In this document: in pieces, positions 1 to 7,317 of the stretch | Position numbering within the stretch: position 1 is the stretch's first letter | How the letters are laid out: every line of letters starts with the position of its first letter | Assembly: GCA_029856435.1 (NCBI GenBank) | Contig: JAHQXB010000167.1 | Coordinates: 1 to 11,165 of the forward strand | Reading direction: 5' to 3' | Length of the DNA stretch: 11,165 nt | DNA from: Candidatus Jordarchaeia archaeon | GTDB taxonomy: Archaea > Asgardarchaeota > Jordiarchaeia > Jordiarchaeales > Jordiarchaeaceae | Notes under the pieces: model-generated | Databases searched by the model: none | Told to the model about the DNA's origin: nothing | The model's input: the letters and a program-made list of their open reading frames with translations, nothing else | Made by a program: the position numbers and the translations under genes

Positions 1-306
1 ATATAGCTCCCTCACGAGTTCATAGGGAGCCTTCTGCTCCGCCCCTGTCTGGAAGTACCCGCCCACAAGAGTTGGGAGGATGTTTTTGTCCCACAATCCT
101 CTCTCGTGGGGAACTCCCTCCATCTTCAGGTACAGGTTGATTGCAGCGTTCGATTGCCTGTCTATTTTGAGTCCGCATGTTTTACACTCGAAGACTGCTC
201 CTCTCAGGTCTCTGTTTATGCACCCGCATCTGGAGCATCTTTGAGAGCTGAAAAGCGGTGGAAGATCTTTAACGTTGCAATCAACCTCCTTCAGCCTCTT
301 GACCAT
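1..306 (-). pseudogene. tnpB: 5'-truncated TnpB (IS200/IS605 family RNA-guided nuclease) relic: zinc ribbon + RuvC-III + C-terminal tail, open at the left window edge
   Basis: Manual translation of the - strand from ATG at 306 (preceded by GAGGGGAT; in-frame TGA just upstream): MVKRLKEVDCNVKDLPPLFSSQRCSRCGCINRDLRGAVFECKTCGLKIDRQSNAAINLYLKMEGVPHERGLWDKNILPTLVGGYFQTGAEQKAPYELVRELY. SQxCSxCG...FxCxxCG...DRxxNAAxN is the TnpB C-terminal signature. About 300 N-terminal residues of a normal TnpB are absent. Confidence 0.88.
6..30 (-). ncRNA. Hairpin inside the tnpB 3' coding tail, probably part of the overlapping omegaRNA scaffold
   Basis: Perfect 7-bp inverted repeat GCTCCCT (6-12) / AGGGAGC (24-30) with an 11-nt loop. 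omegaRNAs are known to overlap tnpB 3' ends. The rest of the RNA lies outside the window. Confidence 0.4.
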
Positions 307-532
307 ATCCCCTCATGAGTCAAAGAAATCAACTTCACTATGTATGGCGTCCTTCAATTGGTAAAGGGTGTGAAATGAAAACTTAGTGTAGTAATTAACT
401 ATTTTTTTCTGGTAGTGGGTTTTATATTTTATAATATTCCGACTTTGGTCTGTGGAATTTGGTTGGATTGTTGGTTTTTTGGTCGTTTGGTTTCCCGAAT
501 TTTATTAATGATGCGAAATATTTTTATGTATT

Positions 533-565
533 TTTTATTAAGATTAATATAAAAAATTAATAAAA
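533..565 (+). promoter_or_regulatory. AT-rich promoter of the cbiMQO operon with an overlapping 9-15-9 inverted repeat (candidate metal-regulator operator)
   Basis: TTTTATTAA (533-541) - N15 - TTAATAAAA (557-565), overlapping TATA-like TTTATTAA and TATAAAAA, directly upstream of SD AGGTG (568-572). Confidence 0.4.
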
Positions 566-578
566 TTAGGTGTGGATT

Positions 579-1415
579 ATGGCCCACATACATTTACCCG
601 ATGGAATTATGCCACTTGAATGGTGCGCTCTGTGGCTGGCGGTGACTGCAGGGATACTCCTTGTCAGCCTCTACATGATAAAAAGGAAGGGCGCTTCCCA
701 ACGCCAAATAGTGCTATTTGCTCTGCTCACCGGTCTCCTGTTTGTGTTAATGCAGATTCCGGTTCCAGCACCGCTGGGAGGCACACACCTGAACTTCACA
801 CCCCTTGCAGGCATACTGGCAGGTCCATGGTTTGGGGCGATAATTGTTTTCCTAATAAACGTTTTCGGGGCCGCAATGGGACACGGTGGGGTTACAGTTA
901 TCGGGGCGAATACTGTGGTTCTCTTTGTGGAGGTCTCCTTAGGTTTTGGACTGTATTTGGGCTTAAAGCGCTATTTTAAAAGGAGAGATGTTTCTGCGGG
1001 GTTGGCGACATTCACAGCTCTCATTGCTGGAACCTTTGTGGCAGTTACCATTATTACCCTTTCTGGTGGTTTCCAGCAATTTCAAACCGCACTGATTAAC
1101 TTTTTGGATAATCCTTTGATTCCCGTCCCGCAAATCTTTCCACATGAATTGGAGGCTTTGGGCGAAATGCTTTTGGGGTGGCTTCTGGAACCAGTCTTCG
1201 GCCCCATAATGGAAATAAACATTTACTACGCTGTTTTCAATGCGATTATAGCCAGTATGAACTCGTTCAGCGCCTTTTTGGCGTCTATGCTGCCGGTCAA
1301 TGCTGGCGTGGGATTGATTGAAGCTGTGGTAACTGGAGTAATAGTTGAAACTCTGGCTAAAACTAGGCCCGACATACTAGAAGAATCAGTCATAGTAGAG
1401 GACTCAGCCGAATAG
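579..1415 (+). CDS. cbiM: ECF-type Co2+/Ni2+ transporter substrate-binding component CbiM/NikM (278 aa)
   Basis: N-terminal MAHIHLPDG, GGTHLN (second metal His), GILAGPW, GHGGVTVIGAN and C-terminal IEAVVTG...KTRPDIL motifs; multiple TM segments. Start placed at ATG 579 (SD AGGTG 6 nt upstream) rather than GTG 570. Co versus Ni specificity not determinable. Confidence 0.92.
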   Translation: MAHIHLPDGIMPLEWCALWLAVTAGILLVSLYMIKRKGASQRQIVLFALLTGLLFVLMQIPVPAPLGGTHLNFTPLAGILAGPWFGAIIVFLINVFGAAMGHGGVTVIGANTVVLFVEVSLGFGLYLGLKRYFKRRDVSAGLATFTALIAGTFVAVTIITLSGGFQQFQTALINFLDNPLIPVPQIFPHELEALGEMLLGWLLEPVFGPIMEINIYYAVFNAIIASMNSFSAFLASMLPVNAGVGLIEAVVTGVIVETLAKTRPDILEESVIVEDSAE

Positions 1416-1502
1416 TTGCGATTACAAAATTTAAGTATGTTCAGCAAAGCTTTGATTGAGAGACCTGTTCATTTTCAATTTTTGGAATGGGAGGTGGCTG
1501 TT

Positions 1503-2243
1503 TTGGAGTTTCACTCATTGTTTCCTAACCCTATGATTGTTGATTATTATTCTGGCGGGGATTCAGTTTTGCATAGGTTGCACCCTGTGGTGAAGCTTGT
1601 TTTCTCCATAGCTATGGTTTTGACTACGGTGTATCTTCAGAACCTACGCCTAATCTTAGTTTTGTCAGTGTTGGTTTGGTTGCTGTTTTTTGTTGCCAGG
1701 CTACCTTTAAGGAGATTGCTGGTGTGGAGTGCTTTGCCCGCATTTTTTGTAGTTTCAATTGTAATATTTCTGCCGCTCATGGGGTATAGTTGGGAGTACA
1801 TTCTCAAAATTTTGGTTAAGGGAGTGACTGCTGCTTGGTACATGTTTCTACTGGTTCTGTCCACTCCCACCATGAGTTTGGGTAAATATGTATCTCGGAT
1901 TTTTCCCTCCTGGTTGTCCGACGCCTTTTTACTCTCACTGAGGTACATTTTCTACTTTTTTGGAGAGGCCCAGAAAACCTTTATTGCGGCTAACGCCAGG
2001 CAGGGAGAAGGCATTCCTTGGAGTAGAAAAATTAAACTTTTTGGATCCATGATAGTTAATCTGATTTTGAAGGGGTATGATAAGACCGAAAAAGTTTATG
2101 TGGCCATGAAGTCGAGGGGATACACAGGCCGCCTAAATCTGGTCTCAGAGGAAAAATTCAGGTGGAAAGACGCGGCGTACCTGGCACTGGCCACAGTTTT
2201 ACCCTTACTTTTAGTGTATTTGGAGAGGGTGGTAATATTATGA
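1503..2243 (+). CDS. cbiQ: ECF transporter transmembrane T component CbiQ/NikQ (246 aa)
   Basis: SVLHRLHPVVKL N-terminal motif and two coupling-helix XRX motifs (ANARQG, MKSRGY); hydrophobic. Start placed at TTG 1503 with SD GGAGGTG at 1490-1496; ATG 1533 is an alternative. Confidence 0.92.
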   Translation: MEFHSLFPNPMIVDYYSGGDSVLHRLHPVVKLVFSIAMVLTTVYLQNLRLILVLSVLVWLLFFVARLPLRRLLVWSALPAFFVVSIVIFLPLMGYSWEYILKILVKGVTAAWYMFLLVLSTPTMSLGKYVSRIFPSWLSDAFLLSLRYIFYFFGEAQKTFIAANARQGEGIPWSRKIKLFGSMIVNLILKGYDKTEKVYVAMKSRGYTGRLNLVSEEKFRWKDAAYLALATVLPLLLVYLERVVIL

Positions 2244-3103
2244 CTCTGGCAGTGAGGATGGAAGATGTAAAACACCGGTATCCCGATGGGACGATTTCAC
2301 TAAATGGTGTAGATTTGAGTGTAAAGGAAGGCGACTCGGTTGCCATACTGGGGGCAAACGGAAGTGGAAAAACCACTCTCCTCCTGCATTTGAATGGAAC
2401 CCTACACCCCTTCAGCGGCTCAGTTTACATCTACGGAGTAAAGATCACCAAGAAAAATGTGAACTATGCCCGAAGAAATGTGGGTATCGTTTTCCAAGAG
2501 TCCGACGACCAACTATTTATGCCGACGGTGCTGGATGACGTAGCCTTCGGGGCACTAAACACGAAACCCAGAGAGGAAGCCCTGGAAGAAACAGAGAAGA
2601 TACTGAAAAAATTGGGCCTCTACCAGTCTCGAAACAAGGTTCCACACTTCCTAAGCGGGGGCCAAAAAAAGCTGGTAGCATTAGCAGGCGTTTTGGTAAT
2701 GAAGCCCAAAATTCTAGTAATGGATGAGCCAACAGCAAACCTAGACTTCGAAACAAAGAACACGATAATCTCAATCATAAAAAGCTTACAGAAGGAGCAA
2801 AAATTAACACTAGTGTTTACAAGCTTCGACGTACAAATCATTCCCCAACTCGCAAACAAAGTGGCAATAATGAAGAAGGGAAAAGTAGTAGCATACGACG
2901 AAACGAGAAAAATTCTAACAGACGAAGAACTTCTCAGGGAAGCAGGAATAGAACCACCACCCTTCGTCCCACTAAGCAAAAAAATGGGATTCAGTAAAGT
3001 GCCCCTAACACTAGAAGAAGCAGAAGAAGAATTCCAAAAAATGGGGCTCCTCAGCAAAATATCCGAACAAAAAATATGCGTTAAACATACAAAAACTATC
3101 TAA
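2240..3103 (+). CDS. cbiO: ECF transporter ATPase CbiO/NikO (287 aa)
   Basis: Walker A GANGSGKT, Q-loop FQESDDQLF, signature LSGGQKK, Walker B/D-loop ILVMDEPTANLD, EcfA-type tail VPLTLEEA. ATG 2240 overlaps the cbiQ stop (ATGA). H-switch reads TSFD (see findings). Confidence 0.93.
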   Translation: MTLAVRMEDVKHRYPDGTISLNGVDLSVKEGDSVAILGANGSGKTTLLLHLNGTLHPFSGSVYIYGVKITKKNVNYARRNVGIVFQESDDQLFMPTVLDDVAFGALNTKPREEALEETEKILKKLGLYQSRNKVPHFLSGGQKKLVALAGVLVMKPKILVMDEPTANLDFETKNTIISIIKSLQKEQKLTLVFTSFDVQIIPQLANKVAIMKKGKVVAYDETRKILTDEELLREAGIEPPPFVPLSKKMGFSKVPLTLEEAEEEFQKMGLLSKISEQKICVKHTKTI

Positions 3104-3139
3104 GAGCATCCCCATGCCTTAGACTCGATTTACGTGGTT

Positions 3140-3171
3140 CCAAAAAAAGGGAGAGTTAGCTAAATTTTTGG
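3140..3171. terminator. Probable bidirectional oligo-T terminator region between convergent cbiO and the AGPS-like gene
   Basis: A7 run at 3142-3148 (T7 on - strand) and T5 run at 3165-3169 on +; CCAAAAA/TTTTTGG inverted pair. Archaeal intrinsic terminators are oligo-T tracts. Confidence 0.4.
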
Positions 3172-3188
3172 TCTGCAGCCTTTCATCC

Positions 3189-4634
3189 TTATTCAAATCC
3201 CATTTTTCCGGGGTTCATTATGTTGTTTGGGTCGAGTGCCCTTTTGATGGCTTGCAGCACCCTGAATCCTTCTTCGCCGTATTCTTTCCTCATCCATTTT
3301 GCCCTTAGTAGACCAACGCCGTGATGGTGGGCTACCGAGGCACCTATTTTGTGGCAGGCTTCCAGGCCATCATTCCAGATTTCAGTGTACATTTGGAGAG
3401 CCTTCTCCCTGTCGGGCTCCTGGTAAGCAAATATTATGTATATGCTGCCTCCCTCAGGATAGAAGTGGGAGAAGTGGGACATTATGAAAACGTTGGGATG
3501 CCTGTCAGTTATAGCCTTCTTTACTCCATAGTAGAGGTCTTCCAGCTTGTCCCAAGTTGTCACCACATCTATTGTGTCGGCAACTAGGCCCATTTTTGTG
3601 CGGTCTGGATGAGGGAAATACATGTCGTACCTGTGGTTCCACCAATACTCGGCTAGCTCCTTTTCCACTTCCTTGCCCTCATTTTTCAAGCAGATTTTGG
3701 TGGTTTGTTTATCTTCAAAGTCCACCATCTCCCGCTCTCCATCAAAGGCTAAGATTAGGTAGCAAGCCCCCGGCGGTATTTGGAGTTTTCCCTTTAGTGT
3801 GAACACTGTGTCTAGCTCGTCGTAGAGCCTTATGACAGCTGGTCTGAGACCCTTCCTAAAGATTTGCCTTACTGTTTCTAGGCCTGTTTTGAGGTCTTTC
3901 ATTATGAATGCCTTAAATCTCCTCTCCTCGGGTAGGGGATGCAATCTTAAGGTTACCTCAGTAATTACTCCCAGTGTTCCCTCAGACCCTAGGAAGAGTT
4001 GGTTCAGATTGGGTCCTGTGGAGGTTCTGGGGGTGGTTTTCGTGCGTATAATTTCGCCGTTGGGTAGCACCACCTCCATGGAGATTACCATGTCCTCTAT
4101 TTTCCCATACTTGGAGGAGAGGGAACCCGCTGAGCGGCAGGCCACAAATCCCCCCAAGCAGGAAGTGTACTGGGAGGCGGGGAAGTGCCCCATGGTGAAT
4201 CCTCTCTTGTTTAGCTCCCTTTCCAGGTCCTCTCCAATTATTCCCGGCTGGGCGGTTACAGTGGCGGATACTTCGTCTATTCTCAGAATTTTGTCCATTT
4301 TTTTAACATCAAGAATTATTCCTCCATATATGGGTACAACCTGTCCACAGGCTCCAGCTCCCCCGGCAAAGGGGATAACGGGAATTTTCCTGATGTTGGC
4401 AAGCTTGAGAATCCTTGATACTTGCTCCTTATTTTCAACATGGACAATGTAGTCGGGTAGGGGTAATTTTTTGGCCAAGTCAATCCACATTAACACTTTG
4501 GGCCAAGCATCTCGAGAGTAGCAAATTTTGTCAGCCTCAGACACCGAGACATTTTCAGCCCCCACAATTTCCACGAGTTCATCATAAATCATCTTCTTCA
4601 CAAAATCGGACTCCAAATTTTTCTTCATCACCAT
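3189..4634 (-). CDS. Alkyl-dihydroxyacetone-phosphate synthase (AGPS/ADPS)-like FAD-linked protein (VAO/PCMH fold), about 480 aa
   Basis: PFAGGAG, GHFPAS...LGGFVACR, KYGKIEDMV, PRTSTGP...GSEGTLGVITE, PAVIRLYD, SHFYPEGGSIY, AHHHGVG and NPNNIMNPGK motifs. HHHGVG (not the GEHG of GlcD/D-lactate dehydrogenases) places it with AGPS. Start ATG 4634 or 4628 (SD GGGTGA fits 4628 better). Confidence 0.85.
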   Translation of the reverse strand: MVMKKNLESDFVKKMIYDELVEIVGAENVSVSEADKICYSRDAWPKVLMWIDLAKKLPLPDYIVHVENKEQVSRILKLANIRKIPVIPFAGGAGACGQVVPIYGGIILDVKKMDKILRIDEVSATVTAQPGIIGEDLERELNKRGFTMGHFPASQYTSCLGGFVACRSAGSLSSKYGKIEDMVISMEVVLPNGEIIRTKTTPRTSTGPNLNQLFLGSEGTLGVITEVTLRLHPLPEERRFKAFIMKDLKTGLETVRQIFRKGLRPAVIRLYDELDTVFTLKGKLQIPPGACYLILAFDGEREMVDFEDKQTTKICLKNEGKEVEKELAEYWWNHRYDMYFPHPDRTKMGLVADTIDVVTTWDKLEDLYYGVKKAITDRHPNVFIMSHFSHFYPEGGSIYIIFAYQEPDREKALQMYTEIWNDGLEACHKIGASVAHHHGVGLLRAKWMRKEYGEEGFRVLQAIKRALDPNNIMNPGKMGFE

Positions 4635-4735
4635 TCACCCTTTTCATAAACCCGCAACTTTACACAAGCAAAACAAACGTACGGAACAGGAGTTAAATGC
4701 GAGTATTTTGAGGATTTCTCTTTTTCTGTTACTGT

Positions 4736-5968
4736 TCATGCCCCGTATAATCTTTTCGCTAGGAATACCGTGTAGTCGAGGGCTTGGGTTTTGGACCTCT
4801 TTTTGAAAAGTGCCTGGTCTAATTGCACAAGGCAGAGGGGGCAGGGAGTGACCACATTATGCACGTTTAATTTCTGTATTTCTTCAATTTCTTTCCTGAC
4901 TATCTCTCTTGATATTCGGGGATTGTAGAGGTTGAGTAGTCCTCCTGCCCCGCAGCACCTTCCCGGTTCCTCCAGTCTTTTGAACTCCACTTGGGGAAGC
5001 ATTTTTAGGAGTTCCTCTGCATAGTCTGTGGTGTACTTGCCCACGTGTCTGTCTAGGTGGCAGGGCGAGTGCAGAGTTACACTAACATTTTCAGGATGAT
5101 TGGGAACCAGTTTTCCAAATTTTTCCTTTCCAAAATCCTCCAAAATGTATTCAAGGAGATGCTTTACCTCGAAATCGCCACTACACCTGTTCTTTATTTC
5201 TGCCAGAGTAGCGGTGCAACCCGCACAGGTGGTGACAACTATTTTGGCACCCACACTCTTCACTTTTTCCAGAAAGTCCTTTTGCAACCTATCGGCGGTT
5301 TCTGAGTCACCTATAAGTATTGAGGGAAGGCTACAACATTTTAGGTCTGGCAATAGGGTGTAGTCAACCCCCATTTTCTCCATAACCAGCTTAGCACTCT
5401 CCCTAATTTCTGGAAGAAGATTCTCCGCCTGACACCCTGGAAAATAGAGAATCTCAGCATTGGGTTTTACTTTGTCCGGCAAGTAGGGAAGCCCCAATAT
5501 TTCCAGTCTTCCCCTGGCACTCTCCACCCTCGCCTCTTCATCCATTGGTTCAAATGCTAAACCGTAATTACTTAGGTTCTCAAGCATAGCCTGAAAGTTT
5601 GCAGGCACCAATTCTTTTCTCTGCTTAAATAGTTTTGATCGGATGAGGCTTACAACCTTTGGCACGGGCACATTCTTGGAGCAGATTTCTTGGCACCGCC
5701 CACACAGAGTGCAAAGATACACCACATCTTTGGCCTTCCAGAATTCCCTAACGGTTCTTGAGAGTTCGCTGGTTATGCTTCGGGGACCAGAGTAGGATTC
5801 ATGTTGGAGAACCTCAAGTATGGGGCAAACGGCCAAGCATAATCCGCAGTTCTGACATGCCTCAACCTTTTTGTATGTTTCCTCCTCCTCTGGCCTCATG
5901 AGTATTATATCTTCCTCCCGCAGTATTCCCTCTATGTGTTCTAACTCTTTTTCCGGCATTGCACCCAT
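4736..5968 (-). CDS. glpC: GlpC-type Fe-S subunit (2x[4Fe-4S] ferredoxin motifs + two CCG domains), 410 aa
   Basis: CQNCGLCLAVCP and CTLCGRCQEICS; CCG-domain motifs YFPGC/CCSLP/TTCAGC and HSPCH/CCGAGG/TPCPLC; directly downstream of glpB; SD GGTGG. Confidence 0.88.
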   Translation of the reverse strand: MGAMPEKELEHIEGILREEDIILMRPEEEETYKKVEACQNCGLCLAVCPILEVLQHESYSGPRSITSELSRTVREFWKAKDVVYLCTLCGRCQEICSKNVPVPKVVSLIRSKLFKQRKELVPANFQAMLENLSNYGLAFEPMDEEARVESARGRLEILGLPYLPDKVKPNAEILYFPGCQAENLLPEIRESAKLVMEKMGVDYTLLPDLKCCSLPSILIGDSETADRLQKDFLEKVKSVGAKIVVTTCAGCTATLAEIKNRCSGDFEVKHLLEYILEDFGKEKFGKLVPNHPENVSVTLHSPCHLDRHVGKYTTDYAEELLKMLPQVEFKRLEEPGRCCGAGGLLNLYNPRISREIVRKEIEEIQKLNVHNVVTPCPLCLVQLDQALFKKRSKTQALDYTVFLAKRLYGA

Positions 5969-5981
5969 CCACCACCCTAAA

Positions 5982-7316
5982 CTAACTTGACGCCTTAAAT
6001 CCGGCCAGGTAGCCTGTTGCTATGGCTACGCCCATTCCGCTCTTTTCCGCCATAAAATTGTATCCGGAGAGTACGGCTCCCGCAGCGTATAGGTTGCTGT
6101 ACACTGGTTCACCCCTTTCTGATAGGGGCTGAAAATTTTCATCCACAAGGATTCCACTGGAAAAAAGCTGGTGTCCACCTTTGGGAAACACGTTTCTACT
6201 AAGCAGCTTTTCTAAGTAGACCTCCTCAAGGTTTAAGCCGTCACTGCTGTAGACCGGCAGATTGAATATTGACTCTCTAACAAAATCCTTTTCTTCCCTT
6301 AGGCCTCCCCCAAGAAAGCCTCCTGAGGCCAGTATATACACGTCGGCTTCAATTTCGACTATTTTTCTGCCAATCTCCACCTTCAAGCTTTTCACATTTT
6401 TGTCAAAGTTTGCATCCAAAACTTTGTATCCCCGCTGAACACTAACGCCAGCCTTTTGGGCCCACTTTTCAAGACTTTTAACCAAACGGTATCCGGGAAC
6501 TGAGGGGGGAAAAGAAGCCAGTTCGAAAACATTGGCTCCAGTGGCTTCCGCAAGAGTTTTAATGTTTTCCTCGGGAAATTGAACTCCACATGTGGGGATA
6601 GCCAAGTGTTCTGCAGAACCTACAACCTTTTGTAGACTCCGCCCAATCTTTTCCAGAGCTTCAGAATCGTCCATCTTTCTTGCAATTTCAATTGCCAAAA
6701 TGTCTCCCCTACTCTCAAGACCCGGAACATCTATGTAAGCGTGACTCACAGACTTGGGCTTAATCCCAAGACGGGGCAAAATATCCCATAGAGATTGGGC
6801 GCAGAAACGAGAGTCATAGTCGGGAAACCCCTTAACCCCCACAAGCACCAGTGAAGAACCGTCCAACCTCCTCAAATCACCACTATACATTGTGGAGGGG
6901 CAGAGGCAGGTAGGCTTAAATGTGCCCACAAAATTGGTCACCAAAACATTTTCATCAAGGGAACCCATAAAATTGACACCCACAGACTTCATACCCTCCA
7001 CAAAAAATTCCAAGGCTCTTCTAACGTTTCTTTCCGATTCTCGGCCCCTCTTTTCCGGCTCAGCCTTCCCGCCGCCCCCAATAATTGAGTAGGGATGATT
7101 CTTAACCTTTTCCGCTATGGTACGCACACCCTCAGAAGCAGAAACAAACATATGATTGGGGGGAAAGTATCCCGCCACATCAACTACACCCGATGATTGT
7201 ATAGTAGCTCCAGAACCCTTTTCAGCAGCCAGAACTTTAAGCCCCTTTTCAGCCGCCTTTATTGCAGCTGTCAAGCCAGCTACCCCGGCGCCTATAACGC
7301 AAACATCCACCTTCAC
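5982..7316 (-). CDS. glpB: Anaerobic glycerol-3-phosphate dehydrogenase subunit B-like flavoprotein (444 aa)
   Basis: DVCVIGAGVAGLTAA, SSGVVDV, PPSVPGYRL, LASGGFLGGGL, GILVDENFQP, NLYAAGAVLSGY...SGMGVAIATG match GlpB. Start placed at GTG 7316 (SD GGAGG about 7 nt upstream, just after the glpA stop) rather than 7397. Confidence 0.92.
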   Translation of the reverse strand: MKVDVCVIGAGVAGLTAAIKAAEKGLKVLAAEKGSGATIQSSGVVDVAGYFPPNHMFVSASEGVRTIAEKVKNHPYSIIGGGGKAEPEKRGRESERNVRRALEFFVEGMKSVGVNFMGSLDENVLVTNFVGTFKPTCLCPSTMYSGDLRRLDGSSLVLVGVKGFPDYDSRFCAQSLWDILPRLGIKPKSVSHAYIDVPGLESRGDILAIEIARKMDDSEALEKIGRSLQKVVGSAEHLAIPTCGVQFPEENIKTLAEATGANVFELASFPPSVPGYRLVKSLEKWAQKAGVSVQRGYKVLDANFDKNVKSLKVEIGRKIVEIEADVYILASGGFLGGGLREEKDFVRESIFNLPVYSSDGLNLEEVYLEKLLSRNVFPKGGHQLFSSGILVDENFQPLSERGEPVYSNLYAAGAVLSGYNFMAEKSGMGVAIATGYLAGFKASS

Positions 7317-7317
7317 C

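Noticed and set aside
106-318. 70-aa + strand ORF from the track
   Set aside because: Antisense shadow of the - strand tnpB fragment, which has clear family motifs.
352-382. Solo CRISPR-repeat-like 31-mer (- strand GTTTTCATTTCACACCCTTTACCAATTGAAG) beside an AT-rich stretch and the tnpB relic
   Set aside because: Only one copy in the window, no repeat-spacer periodicity; the resemblance is limited to the GTTT start and ATTGAAG end.
320-578. Cobalamin riboswitch upstream of cbiM
   Set aside because: Region is very AT/GT-rich with no recognisable B12-box or GC-paired core.
1416-1502. N-terminal extension of CbiQ or a hidden cbiN between cbiM and cbiQ
   Set aside because: A strong SD precedes TTG 1503, and the 87-nt gap is too short for a two-TM CbiN.
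2162-2239. Longer CbiO start at 2162
   Set aside because: Overlaps cbiQ by about 80 nt; the ATGA-coupled start at 2240 with an SD fits the family N-terminus.
2620-3057. 145-aa - strand ORF
   Set aside because: Antisense to cbiO with no motifs.
3832-4452. 206-aa + strand ORF
   Set aside because: In-register antisense shadow of the AGPS-like gene, Ser/Pro/Ile-rich, no motifs. The same applies to the other short overlapping ORFs in the track.
3189-5968. Reading the FAD protein + CCG protein as glycolate/lactate dehydrogenase GlcD/GlcF
   Set aside because: The flavoprotein has HHHGVG and the AGPS Tyr motif rather than GEHG, and the CCG gene is coupled to glpB; kept only as a fallback hypothesis.
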